48,596 nt of DNA, from the NCBI GenBank assembly GCA_045535385.1, contig JAZSLN010000036.1:1-48596 (forward strand). The letters are read 5' to 3'. Each line of letters begins with the position of its first letter. Position 1 is the stretch's first letter. Under the pieces are notes generated by a model. It saw only the letters and a program-made list of their open reading frames with translations. It was not told the origin of the DNA and ran no database searches. Both the position numbers and the translations under genes were made by a program. Source of the stretch: Eubacteriales bacterium. Its GTDB lineage: Bacteria > Bacillota > Clostridia > Oscillospirales > CAG-382. Below are positions 1 through 9,301 of this stretch, in pieces.

Positions 1-250
1 CGTCAAAGCCCATCGGGAACATAACGTTATAGCCTTCCATACGTCTCTTGCGCGAAACTACCTCAAGACCCGAATAAGCCTTGATGTGTCCGACGTGCAT
101 CCCCGCACCGCTGGGGTAGGGGAATTCGACGAGCGCGAAAAACTTTTCCTTTTCGGAACCCGATTCACCGGGGTCCTTCGCCTCGAAGATCTTGCTGTCG
201 TCCCAGCGAGATTGCCATTTTTGTTCTATTGTCTTAAATTCGTGTTTCAT
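1..250 (-). CDS. leuS: Leucyl-tRNA synthetase, N-terminal fragment (gene runs off the window start)
   Basis: Reverse-strand translation from the ATG at 250-248 gives MKHEFKTIEQKWQSRWDDSKIFEA...FPYPSGAGMHVGHIKAYSGLEVVSRKRRMEGYNVMFPMGFD. This is a class I HIGH-type motif (HVGH) in the LeuS-typical PYPSG context. It is absent from the ORF track because there is no stop in the window. Confidence 0.8.
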   Translation of the reverse strand, partial: MKHEFKTIEQKWQSRWDDSKIFEAKDPGESGSEKEKFFALVEFPYPSGAGMHVGHIKAYSGLEVVSRKRRMEGYNVMFPMGFD

Positions 251-631
251 TTATTCTTCTTCCTCGCTTCCGCCGAGCTTGATTTCGTTTCCGTTCCAAA
301 GGCGTTCCAATTTATAAAATTCACGCGCCTGAGAGGTGAAAATATTTATAACCACGCAACCGTAGTCCATAAGAGTCCAGGCGTTGCCCGATGCACCCTC
401 GATATGATTCGGAAGCACGTTAAATTCCTCGCGGAGCTTGAATTCGACTTCATCTGCGAGCGCGCGGACATGGGTGTTCGAAGTACCTGTCGAAAGGACG
501 AAATAATCGGCGAGGATCGTCTGGTCACCTACCTCAAGAAGAGTAACGTCCATACCTTTTTTATTATCGAGCACGCTGTACGCGAGTTCGGCTATAGCCT
601 TTGCCTGTTCCTTTTGCATATTTTCGTTCAT
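251..631 (-). CDS. rsfS: Ribosome silencing factor RsfS (iojap family)
   Basis: 126-aa ORF with DYFVLSTGTSNTHVRALADEV and WTLMDYGCVVINIF, typical of RsfS. AAAGGA RBS upstream. Sits in the conserved nadD-yqeK-rsfS order. Confidence 0.9.
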   Translation of the reverse strand: MNENMQKEQAKAIAELAYSVLDNKKGMDVTLLEVGDQTILADYFVLSTGTSNTHVRALADEVEFKLREEFNVLPNHIEGASGNAWTLMDYGCVVINIFTSQAREFYKLERLWNGNEIKLGGSEEEE

Positions 632-637
632 ATTCCG

Positions 638-1246
638 TTATCCTTTCGTAGCTTCGTTAAGCTTTTTCAAATAGAAGTTTCTCGCTTTGATAGTGTTCTC
701 GTCGATAGTCTTCTCGCTCGAGATAAGATGCTTTATCGTGGTGTCGAACGATTTGACGAGCGTTTTCAGCAAAGCAATATGTTTACCGTCTTTTACGAGC
801 GATTTTTTATAAAATTCGCGGAGCTGGATACAGCCGGGGTCATCGCGGAATTCTTCAATATAGTCGCCTAAATATATAACCGTTTCAAACGGAGTCATAT
901 CGGGTCTTCCGGTAGTATGCCAATAAACCGCCGAGCAGATATCTTCATTCAAATTGAAACCATGCCTTGCGATAAGCGACGCACTTTTTCCGTGGAGGAG
1001 CTTATAGTTTATTATATCTTCTTCGCTGACTTCAATACCGAAAAGCGAAAAAAGCTCCAAATGACGCTCTAACGGATATTCCTTCGTGTAATCGTGCATT
1101 ATAGCGGCGATCTCAACCTGGTTTTGGTCGAGCTCGGGGAAATGAGTTTTGGCGAGCTCTTTTGCCGCTTCGGCAACACCGAGCGTATGCTTTAGTCGGC
1201 GCTCGGATATCGTCATTGTGGAAAGTATTGTGTTTACGTCGGTCAT
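638..1246 (-). CDS. yqeK: HD-domain bis(5'-nucleosyl)-tetraphosphatase, YqeK family
   Basis: 202-aa ORF with RLKHTLGVAE...AAIMHDYTKE (HD motif). Positioned directly after nadD, as in other Firmicutes. Confidence 0.85.
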   Translation of the reverse strand: MTDVNTILSTMTISERRLKHTLGVAEAAKELAKTHFPELDQNQVEIAAIMHDYTKEYPLERHLELFSLFGIEVSEEDIINYKLLHGKSASLIARHGFNLNEDICSAVYWHTTGRPDMTPFETVIYLGDYIEEFRDDPGCIQLREFYKKSLVKDGKHIALLKTLVKSFDTTIKHLISSEKTIDENTIKARNFYLKKLNEATKG

Positions 1247-1827
1247 ATTCCGTAAAGCCTCCGTTCTTCGATATATTCAAAAACTCCGTCGGGCAGATAT
1301 TCTTTTTTCGGTTCCGCTCTGAATTGGCTCGACGAAAGCTCGATTCTTTCGTTTTCGAGCTCAAGCGGACGAATCCCCGTCAGCGATTCCAGTCTGTCGA
1401 GTGACGCGGTGATATCGTTACCGCTTCTTACCGCGACGACAAGGTGAGCGTTTTCGAGAATAAACTTATAGTCCTTCCACTTATCGAAGGAATCTATCCA
1501 ATCGTCGCCGGTGAGAAGATACAGCTCGCTGTCGGGATGCATAGCCTTCAGCTCGGCTACTGTGTCGCGTGTATAGCTCGTCCCTTCGCGTTTTAACTCG
1601 ATATCGCTTACAACGACCTTTTCGTTATGCGAAAAGGCGATTTTGAGCATATTCGACCGATCCTCGCCCGAAACGCTGTTCGAAATTTTAAGAGGAGATA
1701 TATTATTCGGGATAACATAAAGCATATCCAACCCGAAATCCTTAATAAAGCGTTCCGCGGCGGCAACGTGTCCTCTGTGAACGGGGTTAAAGGTTCCGCC
1801 GAAGATCCCGATCTTATTCGTCGTCAT
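1243..1827 (-). CDS. nadD: Nicotinate-nucleotide adenylyltransferase
   Basis: IGIFGGTFNPVHRGHV is the (H/T)xGH nucleotidyltransferase motif. The track ORF extends to 1878, but the start at MTTNK (ATG 1827-1825) gives the usual N-terminus and only a 14-nt overlap with yebC. Confidence 0.88.
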   Translation of the reverse strand: MTTNKIGIFGGTFNPVHRGHVAAAERFIKDFGLDMLYVIPNNISPLKISNSVSGEDRSNMLKIAFSHNEKVVVSDIELKREGTSYTRDTVAELKAMHPDSELYLLTGDDWIDSFDKWKDYKFILENAHLVVAVRSGNDITASLDRLESLTGIRPLELENERIELSSSQFRAEPKKEYLPDGVFEYIEERRLYGI

Positions 1828-2536
1828 CCCAGTTGTGCCAAACGTTTGTAACGTCGTCGTTGTCCTCGAGTACGTCAAGAAGCTTGTTCATCTTGGTTAT
1901 CTGTTCCTCGTCGTCGAGGCGGACATAGTTAGCGGGGATTTTTTCGAGCTCGGCGGATTCGATAACGTAACCCTTCGATTCAAGCGATTCACGAACCGCA
2001 GAAAGCTCGCTTATGTCGGTGAAAACTTCTCCGTTTTCGCCCTCGGAGGTAAAGTCGAGCGCGCCGCAATCGAGCGCCGCTTCCATAAACTCGTCCTCGT
2101 CCTTGATTCCCGAAACGACAACAACGCCCTTTTCGGCGAACATATAGGAAACGCATCCCGTAGTACCCAAGTTGCCGCCGAATTTATCGAAATAGTGGCG
2201 GACGTCGCCTGCGGTACGGTTACGGTTATCGGTAGCCGCTTCGACGATAACAGCAACACCGCCGGGACCGTAGCCCTCGTAGGTGATGACCTCGTATGCA
2301 ACGCTGTCCGCGCCCGAAGCCTTTTTGATAACGCGCTCAATATTGTCGTTAGGCACGTTCAGGCTTTTTGCCTTCGCGATAAGGTCGCGTAGCTTGGTGT
2401 TAGAAGTGGGCTCGGGACCGCCTTCACGAACGGCAATCGCCATTTCCTTGCCTATTTTAGTAAAGACTTTTGCTCTTTGAGCGTCGGTCTTTTCCTTTTT
2501 GTGCATTATATTTTTCCATTTAGAATGTCCTGACAT
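1814..2536 (-). CDS. YebC/PmpR family DNA-binding transcriptional regulator
   Basis: MSGHSKWKNIMHKKEKTDAQRAKVFTKIGKE is the canonical YebC N-terminus. The ATG at 2536 is preceded by GAAGGAG. The track start at 2542 is a TTG two codons upstream. Confidence 0.9.
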   Translation of the reverse strand: MSGHSKWKNIMHKKEKTDAQRAKVFTKIGKEMAIAVREGGPEPTSNTKLRDLIAKAKSLNVPNDNIERVIKKASGADSVAYEVITYEGYGPGGVAVIVEAATDNRNRTAGDVRHYFDKFGGNLGTTGCVSYMFAEKGVVVVSGIKDEDEFMEAALDCGALDFTSEGENGEVFTDISELSAVRESLESKGYVIESAELEKIPANYVRLDDEEQITKMNKLLDVLEDNDDVTNVWHNWDDDE

Positions 2537-2595
2537 AAGCAACTCCTTCGTCGTTAGAGAATAGTGAAAAAGGAATAGTGAATAGTTATTGTTGA

Positions 2596-2615
2596 TTTTT
2601 CGCTTTGGCGAAAAA
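2596..2615 (-). terminator. Hairpin TTTTTCGC-TTTG-GCGAAAAA between argS and yebC (weak terminator or attenuator, the core of a larger nested palindrome)
   Basis: Perfect 8-bp stem read directly. It is embedded in the outer complementary arms 2557-2564/2626-2633 and AAAAGGAA/TTCCTTTT. Confidence 0.35.
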
Positions 2616-2660
2616 TCTTCCTTTTCTATTCTCTTTTATCTCTTATCTTTTATCTGAAAT

Positions 2661-4358
2661 TTATATTTCCTCTGTTCTTACCATACCTAAAAGCTCCAAG
2701 CATCTTCCGAGAATATTTCTCGTGGCGGAGGTAAGCGCAAAGCGGAACTGTTCGGTCTCGCCGCCCGAGCCGAGAATACGGCAGTTGTGGTAGAATTGGT
2801 TAAACGCGGTGCAGACCGCAAGCGCATAACGCGAAATAATGCTGGGCTCGAATTCGTTTGCGGCGCGGAGCACGGTGTCCCGGAATTCGCTGAGCTTACG
2901 GATAAGCGCCAACTCGTCCTCGACGGGAGCATAATCTCCGTAACCGTCCTTCATTTCTCCGCGGCGGAGTACGCTTGCCGCACGTGCGTAGGTGTATTGA
3001 ATATAGGGACCGGTGTTACCCTCAAAGGAGAGCGTGCCTTCCCAGGTGAAGTTGGTGTCCTTGATACGGCTGTTGGCTAATGCGCTGAATATAACTGCGC
3101 CCAAGCCGACCGCCTCGGAGATAGCCTCTTTGTTTTCGTGAGCAACGTTCTTTTCCTCGATAATCGCTCTCGCCTTGGCAACAGCCTCGTCGAAAACGTC
3201 GTTAAGAAGGATAATGTTGCCCGTACGCGAAGCGAGCTTTTCGCCTCCGAAGCTCATCGTACCGTAGGGGATGTGGACGAGGTTTTTCGACCATTCCTTA
3301 CCCATAAGCTCGGTTACCTTGAACCACTGAGCAAAGTGAAGCGACTGGCCTGCGCTAGTAACGTAGGCGCAGATATCAAAATTATAGGTGTTGTATCTGT
3401 AATTTGCCGCCGCGATGTCGCGGGTGGGATAAAGCGTGCTGCCGTCGCGCTTCAGTATGAGCGCAGGGGGCATATTGTATTCCGAAAGGTCAACGATCGA
3501 AGCGCCGTCATCGATTTTCAGAAGCTCTTTTTCGCGGAGCTCGTCCACGATGGCGGGCATCTTGTCGGTGTAAAGGCTTTCGCCGTCCCAAACGTCGAAT
3601 TCTATACCCAAACGCTTATAGGTTTGGGTGTATTCGCGGAGCGAGATGTCCTTGAACAACTGCCATATTGCGAGATATTCCTCGTTGCCGTTTTCGAGCT
3701 CGCGGAACGCGGCGCGGGCTTGGTCGTTTAGAGAAGGGTCTTTTTCCGCTTCCTTGCCGAACATAACGTATATACGCTCAAGCTCCTTGATGCCTTCGCG
3801 TTCGAGCTGTTCGCGGCTCGACCATTTTTTGAACGCAACTATCTGCTTGCCGTTTTGGGTACCCCAATCTCCGAGGTAGTTAAGTGCAACGGTTTTGTAA
3901 CCGCAGAATTTATAAATATTACGTACCGCGTTACCGATAACCGTTGTTCCGAGGTGGCCGAGGTGGAAACGCTTTGCAATATTGGGAGAAGAAAAGTCTA
4001 AAACGATGGTTTTTCCTTCGCCGACCTTGGCTAATTCGGGATATTCGTCCGAGAGGAGCTTTTTCAGATCCTCCAAATATTTATCGCTCGCAAAAAAGAA
4101 GTTGAGATAAGGACCTACCGATTCGATTTTTTCAAAGCCCGAAACTCCGTCAAACGAAGCGCAAAGCTCCGCGGAAATGGCGGCAGGGTTGCTTCTTAAA
4201 ATCTTCGAAAGCTTGAAGCAGGGGAGCGCTATATCGCCCATCTTGCTGTCGGCAGGTGTCTCGAGGAAGGACATAACCTCGTCGGAAGAAAGGTTAGCGC
4301 CCTTCGATTCTACGAACGCACTTACTTTTTCACAAATAATCGTTTTGATATCACTCAT
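2661..4358 (-). CDS. argS: Arginyl-tRNA synthetase
   Basis: 565-aa ORF with FSSPNIAKRFHLGHLGTTVIG (HIGH region) and a C-terminal anticodon-binding DALR-like region. Length is typical of ArgS. Confidence 0.95.
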   Translation of the reverse strand: MSDIKTIICEKVSAFVESKGANLSSDEVMSFLETPADSKMGDIALPCFKLSKILRSNPAAISAELCASFDGVSGFEKIESVGPYLNFFFASDKYLEDLKKLLSDEYPELAKVGEGKTIVLDFSSPNIAKRFHLGHLGTTVIGNAVRNIYKFCGYKTVALNYLGDWGTQNGKQIVAFKKWSSREQLEREGIKELERIYVMFGKEAEKDPSLNDQARAAFRELENGNEEYLAIWQLFKDISLREYTQTYKRLGIEFDVWDGESLYTDKMPAIVDELREKELLKIDDGASIVDLSEYNMPPALILKRDGSTLYPTRDIAAANYRYNTYNFDICAYVTSAGQSLHFAQWFKVTELMGKEWSKNLVHIPYGTMSFGGEKLASRTGNIILLNDVFDEAVAKARAIIEEKNVAHENKEAISEAVGLGAVIFSALANSRIKDTNFTWEGTLSFEGNTGPYIQYTYARAASVLRRGEMKDGYGDYAPVEDELALIRKLSEFRDTVLRAANEFEPSIISRYALAVCTAFNQFYHNCRILGSGGETEQFRFALTSATRNILGRCLELLGMVRTEEI

Positions 4359-4494
4359 AAATAAAAACTACCTCTATATATGATTAATGAGCATAAATTA
4401 TTAAAATATCATATCATATTATAAGCCGAAAATCAAGACAATTCGCACTCATTCGGCTTATATTTCAACGATTTTTTGAAAGTCAGGTGTAAAT

Positions 4495-5784
4495 ATGCTT
4501 ATTCATATCGTACAATCAGGCGAGACTCTCGATTCGATTGCGCGTACGTACGGTGTCGAACCTTCGGTGCTTGCCTTTGATAACGATATTGCCGACCCCT
4601 TGAAGCTTCCCGTCGGTCAGCCGATCGCTGTTGTTTTTCCGACGCTCACCCATACTGTTCAGATAGGAGAGACCGTGTCCTCGATAGCCGAACGCTATTC
4701 GGTTACGCCCGACGATATTTTTCGTAATAATCTCTATCTTAACGGTCAGGACCGAATATTTGTGGGTCAGGTGCTTTATATCGATATCGAGCGCGAGCCT
4801 TTGGGCGCATATTCCACAGGCGGATATGCCTATCCTTATATAAGCAATACGCTTCTTCGTCGGTATTTGCCGTTTATGGGTGCGCTTATGCCGTTTACAT
4901 ACGGCTTCCGACCCGACGGCACGCTTGTTTCGGCCGACGATTCGGCAATGCTCACCGCATCGGCGGACTATTTTACCGAGCCGATAATGCACCTTTCCAC
5001 CCTTACCGAAAACGATATTTTTTCGGTCGAGCTTGCCGAAGTGCTTTTCGGCTCAACAGAGTTACAACGGATTCTTTTGGATAATATTATCTCAAATATG
5101 CAGGAAAAGGGATATACCTCCCTCGACGTCGATTTTGAATTTCTCGGAGCGCAAAACGCTTTGAAATATGCCGATTTTATCGCTTATTGCCGCGACAGAC
5201 TCCACCCGCTCGGTTACGGAATTATGACCGCGCTTGCTCCGAAGACCTCGGATTCCCAACCGGGTACGCTTTACGAGGGACACGATTACGCACGTTTGGG
5301 CGAGGTAGCGGACGCTGTGCTTTTAATGACCTACGAGTGGGGTTATACCTACGGTCCTCCTATGGCTGTATCGCCCATAAAGCCGGTTTCGGAGGTGGTG
5401 GATTATGCGTTGACGCGTATTCCCGCCGAAAAAATTCTTCTCGGAATATCCAATTACGGATACGATTTCATTCTTCCCTATACCCAAGGAATTTCGCGTG
5501 CGACCTCGGTTTCGACGAAGCGGGCATTTTCTTTAGCTGCCGAATACGGCGCGGAAATATTCTTCGACGAAACCGCCAAAGCGCCCTATTTCGATTATAC
5601 CTCCGAGGGTGTTGCGCATAGAGTGTGGTTTGAGGACGTACGTTCGATTTCGTCGAGGCTTCGTCTTATGGCAGAAAAAAATCTCCGCGGCGCGCTTTGG
5701 TGGAATCTTAACCGCGAAAATAACCAGACACTTGTCGCAATAAACGATCTTATCGACGTAAAACGGCTCAATTTATACCCATAA
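4495..5784 (+). CDS. Two LysM domains + GH18 domain, YaaH/SleL-like spore peptidoglycan hydrolase
   Basis: Two LysM repeats (HIVQSGETLDSIARTYGV and HTVQIGETVSSIAERYSV), followed by the GH18 catalytic signature LDVDFEF (DxDxE). AGGTG RBS. Confidence 0.8.
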   Translation: MLIHIVQSGETLDSIARTYGVEPSVLAFDNDIADPLKLPVGQPIAVVFPTLTHTVQIGETVSSIAERYSVTPDDIFRNNLYLNGQDRIFVGQVLYIDIEREPLGAYSTGGYAYPYISNTLLRRYLPFMGALMPFTYGFRPDGTLVSADDSAMLTASADYFTEPIMHLSTLTENDIFSVELAEVLFGSTELQRILLDNIISNMQEKGYTSLDVDFEFLGAQNALKYADFIAYCRDRLHPLGYGIMTALAPKTSDSQPGTLYEGHDYARLGEVADAVLLMTYEWGYTYGPPMAVSPIKPVSEVVDYALTRIPAEKILLGISNYGYDFILPYTQGISRATSVSTKRAFSLAAEYGAEIFFDETAKAPYFDYTSEGVAHRVWFEDVRSISSRLRLMAEKNLRGALWWNLNRENNQTLVAINDLIDVKRLNLYP

Positions 5785-5986
5785 TTAAAATTTTTTCGTT
5801 TTTTCGAAGAAATTTATAAACAAAAATGGGATTTTCGCTATTTATAAATAGGGACGGATAAAATTTCGCTAAAGTTGACCTCTTGATACAAAAAGACTTT
5901 AATTGTTTTATCTTCTGCCAACCTGCACCAAAGCCTAACCAAATCGAATAAAAACATATAAAAACACCAAAAAAATTCATTTCCGC

Positions 5987-6020
5987 TTCGACAAACCGTG
6001 CGTTGGTTTCGTAATATAAT
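5987..6020 (+). promoter_or_regulatory. Candidate spoIIE promoter: Spo0A-box TGTCGAA (reverse orientation, 5987-5993), then 21 bp, then TATAAT (6015-6020)
   Basis: Motifs read directly. There is no good -35 at 17 bp. The 0A box sits where a -35 with a 21-bp spacer would lie. Confidence 0.3.
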
Positions 6021-6055
6021 GAGATTCCAATAAAAAACGAAACGGAATGTGAAAA

Positions 6056-8218
6056 ATGGAATCATTACGAGTCAAATTTTTTGAAGATGAACGGAAAAAA
6101 CGTCTTATTTATGCCTTGTTCGGTTTTCTTTTGGGTGTTGCGCCTATAGCGGCGGGAGTTATGCCTTTTGGTTGTGCATTGCTCTGCGCTATGCCGAAAA
6201 AGGGAAGACGTGAAGCTTTTTTCGGTGTCGCGGCGGCATCTCTTTTAGATGAATGTATCCCCTTGGCATTGTTTTGTGCGGTATATGTCTATTTGGTGCT
6301 GGCCGCCAAGGAGAAAAACGGCGGAGTTTTTATGTATACCCGCGTATTGCTTTCTTTTTCGATAAGCGCACTGAGAAGTGCTTATATAGCGCTTTCGGGT
6401 GTTTACGATATATCCGACGTGTTCCGTCTCCTGGCAGCGGTAATTGCATATCCTGCGTTTACTTATGCCTTTAACGGGTTTTACGACAAGAAAAAAGAGC
6501 TTTACAAAAAGCGTTATGATATATCGCTTTTGGCGTTTGCTTTCGCCTTTACGGTTTTGTTTTCGCCGTTGGAGATAGGAGGAATTTCGCTTTCGTTGGT
6601 TCCCGCCGCCGCCTTTACTTTATGCGCGGCGCGCAAGGGCGGCTTCGCCTACGGAGGAGTTTGCGGTATCGCCTGCGGGCTTGTTTCGGGCGGCGCGGCA
6701 ACGGGTGCGCTCGGTGTTATGGGTATGTGCTACGGTCTTTTGGCCAACGAAGTTGAGATACTTGCGCTTATTCTTTCGTATATGCTTGCTGTAAGCGGAT
6801 ATTTTTATCTTTCGGGCACCGACGGAATAGTCGTTTCGGGGGTTATGCTTCTTCTCGTTTATGCGGGATTTGTGCCGTTGAGAAAGTATATCGAAATATA
6901 TAAAAGCTCTGCTTCGGGTGCCGAAAAACGCGCTCATGACCGACGTATATCCCGATACGCCGCCGCGTTCTCGTCGTTGTCTTCGCTGTTTTACACAGTT
7001 TCGGATACAACGCGAGCCGAAGGGGTAACCGAGGTCAACCGAAAAATAGTCCGCGCGGTCGATTCCTATTGCTCTCATTGCGAGGGCTGTGAGCTGGATA
7101 AAAGCGAAATATCCAACTTTTTTACAAGCGAAATAAGACGGAACGGCGTTGCCGCATATTCGCGTATACCGACCCATATTTCTTCGCGCTGTCCCTTCGC
7201 TTGCGCTATGGCAAGGTCGATAAATAACCTTCCGACGCTTCGCGAAAAGGAGTGCGAAAAGGGTTTGACACAGATGGCTGAGGAGTATTCTGCGTTCTCG
7301 TCGCTTCTTGTTGATGCCGCCAAAAAGCAGGAAGACCTGTCGCGCGCGGACAAGCCTCTTGCGGACAAAGTGAAGCGTTCGCTTTCGGAGATAGGCGTGG
7401 AATGCGACGGAGTCCGCGTTATCGGCACTCGTCAGCGAGAAATTACCGTGTTCGGTGTCAAGCCCGAAAAAATAAAAAAATCCCCGAACGAAATCGCTTC
7501 GTCGGTAGGTCAAGCAGTAGGCACCGCTGTATCTCCTCCCGAATTTGTACTCCATGACGACTATACTCTTATGAAGCTTCGCTCCGTGCCCTCCTTCCGC
7601 GTCGAGTTTTCGAAGATCTCCGAGGCAAAAAGCGGAGAAAGTGTTTGCGGAGATACCGTAAGTGTTTTCGAGAATGATGAAAGATATTTTTATTGTCTCG
7701 TTTCGGACGGAATGGGAAGCGGACGCGATGCCGCGCTCACGAGCAGGCTTTCGGCGATAATGATGGAAAAGCTGCTGTCGGTCGGCGCGGATAAGGAAAG
7801 CGCGATACGTTTGCTTAATAAAGCGCTCGTCGAAAAGCAGGAGGAGATTTTTGCGACGGTCGACCTTCTTGAAATCGATAGAATCATGTCAACGGCAACG
7901 GTCATAAAGGCGGGTGCCGCTCCGACGGTTTTGATTCGCGACGGAAGATCGGTTATGATAGAATCGAAAACGCCGCCGGCAGGGATAATGCGTAAGGTCA
8001 TAGCCGACAAAAAGAGCTTCCGTCTGGAAAAGGGCGATATGATCGTTATGCTGAGCGACGGTATATTGCAGACGGGAAGCGAATACGGTATTCTTCCCGA
8101 AGAGGGGATACCTCCGATGCCGAGCGCGCGTGCTCTTGCATCGAAAATCTTGAAAGACGCACAGAAAAACAGTGAATCGGCTGACGATATGTCGGTTTGC
8201 GTTTTGAGAATATGTTAG
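6056..8218 (+). CDS. spoIIE: Stage II sporulation protein E (membrane PP2C phosphatase)
   Basis: 720 aa. The N-terminal ~300 aa are polytopic and hydrophobic. The C-terminal PP2C domain has YCLVSDGMGSGRDAA, MLSDGIL and DDMSVCVL. Confidence 0.85.
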   Translation: MESLRVKFFEDERKKRLIYALFGFLLGVAPIAAGVMPFGCALLCAMPKKGRREAFFGVAAASLLDECIPLALFCAVYVYLVLAAKEKNGGVFMYTRVLLSFSISALRSAYIALSGVYDISDVFRLLAAVIAYPAFTYAFNGFYDKKKELYKKRYDISLLAFAFAFTVLFSPLEIGGISLSLVPAAAFTLCAARKGGFAYGGVCGIACGLVSGGAATGALGVMGMCYGLLANEVEILALILSYMLAVSGYFYLSGTDGIVVSGVMLLLVYAGFVPLRKYIEIYKSSASGAEKRAHDRRISRYAAAFSSLSSLFYTVSDTTRAEGVTEVNRKIVRAVDSYCSHCEGCELDKSEISNFFTSEIRRNGVAAYSRIPTHISSRCPFACAMARSINNLPTLREKECEKGLTQMAEEYSAFSSLLVDAAKKQEDLSRADKPLADKVKRSLSEIGVECDGVRVIGTRQREITVFGVKPEKIKKSPNEIASSVGQAVGTAVSPPEFVLHDDYTLMKLRSVPSFRVEFSKISEAKSGESVCGDTVSVFENDERYFYCLVSDGMGSGRDAALTSRLSAIMMEKLLSVGADKESAIRLLNKALVEKQEEIFATVDLLEIDRIMSTATVIKAGAAPTVLIRDGRSVMIESKTPPAGIMRKVIADKKSFRLEKGDMIVMLSDGILQTGSEYGILPEEGIPPMPSARALASKILKDAQKNSESADDMSVCVLRIC

Positions 8219-8234
8219 AATCCAAGGAGCATTT

Positions 8235-9257
8235 ATGTACATTAAACTTGATATAGCTTCGGAAATCGAAGACGATTTTGAAAGCTTTATAAACACCTTT
8301 GAGCATCCGATAATTGTTACCGACGGCGATCTGAAGATAATCTCGAAAAACAATGCCACAAAGTATTATACAGCCGGAGCGGAGATAGGAAAAACCATAA
8401 GAGGATGTTTTTCGGATGAGGAAGAAATACGCATAAGGGATCTTAAAATCGGCGAAACTCTTTGCTGTGAATTAAAATACAGATCGGCTGTATACGGCGC
8501 GAACGTGTTCGGGCTGGCAGACAGGCGAATGATCGTAGTAAATCCCGTTTCGTCGAGGCTGTGCGAAAGCATAAGAACGCTTTATGAGCGTATGTCGGGA
8601 TATGATATGAAAATTCCCGGGGACAGCCTTTTCGGCGAGGGGCTCGCAAGAAGAATCCGATCGAAATCAGCTTCGGCGCTTCTAACCGACTTATTGCAGA
8701 ACAATCTTTCAAAGCAAAAGACGGCGTTTTTCGACATAGCGCAAACGGTTGCCGATTTTGCCGAAGCACTTGATAGCATAGGGATTCCCGTATCGGTAAA
8801 TAACTGTTCTTTCGGTGAGGAAAAAACTGTCGTTGCGGGATTCGAAGACGAGTTTATGCTGCTTTTAGCGGTCGCCGTATTTCTCAACGGCTTCGGTGAT
8901 AACGGAATTGTATTCGAAATTGAACGGGACGGAAAAAGGGTTTATTGTCGAATAACAGGTGATGTTCCGTCTGATATTGCAGATATGGAATTCGGAACAC
9001 GGATAGACGCTTCAAAGCGATTCGAGGGCGAGCTCGGCGAAAAACGCTTTTGGAGTTATCTCGGACATCTTATTGCGAACGCGAATTTGTGGGACGTTTC
9101 GTTTGAGAAAACAGGTGAAAAAACGGTATTTACCATAAGCTCCGAGCTAACCTCTCCTTACACGGGATGTATTTTCCGCGACGAAAAGAATACTATGGCG
9201 AAGCACATCGCGGAAATGTTTTTCTTGGATTCCTGCGAAGCATTTTCTTTCGTTTGA
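8235..9257 (+). CDS. Hypothetical cytoplasmic protein, with a possible PAS-like N-terminus
   Basis: 340-aa ORF with an AAGGAG RBS, 16 nt after the spoIIE stop, followed by a strong terminator. HPIIVTDGDLKIISKNNATKYY resembles the start of a PAS fold. I recognise no catalytic motif. Confidence 0.6.
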   Translation: MYIKLDIASEIEDDFESFINTFEHPIIVTDGDLKIISKNNATKYYTAGAEIGKTIRGCFSDEEEIRIRDLKIGETLCCELKYRSAVYGANVFGLADRRMIVVNPVSSRLCESIRTLYERMSGYDMKIPGDSLFGEGLARRIRSKSASALLTDLLQNNLSKQKTAFFDIAQTVADFAEALDSIGIPVSVNNCSFGEEKTVVAGFEDEFMLLLAVAVFLNGFGDNGIVFEIERDGKRVYCRITGDVPSDIADMEFGTRIDASKRFEGELGEKRFWSYLGHLIANANLWDVSFEKTGEKTVFTISSELTSPYTGCIFRDEKNTMAKHIAEMFFLDSCEAFSFV

Positions 9258-9267
9258 TACAACAAAA

Positions 9268-9293
9268 AGGATGCAAAATTGCTTTTGCATCCT
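9268..9293. terminator. Bidirectional rho-independent terminator between convergent genes
   Basis: AGGATGCAAAA-TTGC-TTTTGCATCCT, an 11-bp perfect stem with A/T runs on both sides. Confidence 0.65.
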
Positions 9294-9301
9294 CTTGATT
9301 T

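Noticed and set aside
1828-1878. Upstream extension of nadD (MTYSRTTTTLQTFGTTG).
   Set aside because: It lies within the yebC coding region and is not part of the NadD fold. The conserved GGTFNP motif follows the internal MTTNK start at the normal distance.
4359-4494. Possible T-box or other leader upstream of argS, including the hairpin TAAGCCGAA-N21-TTCGGCTTA.
   Set aside because: At 136 nt it is too short, and it lacks AGAGA, a UGGN bulge and a terminator. The hairpin is probably promoter-proximal structure in the divergent yaaH-like leader.
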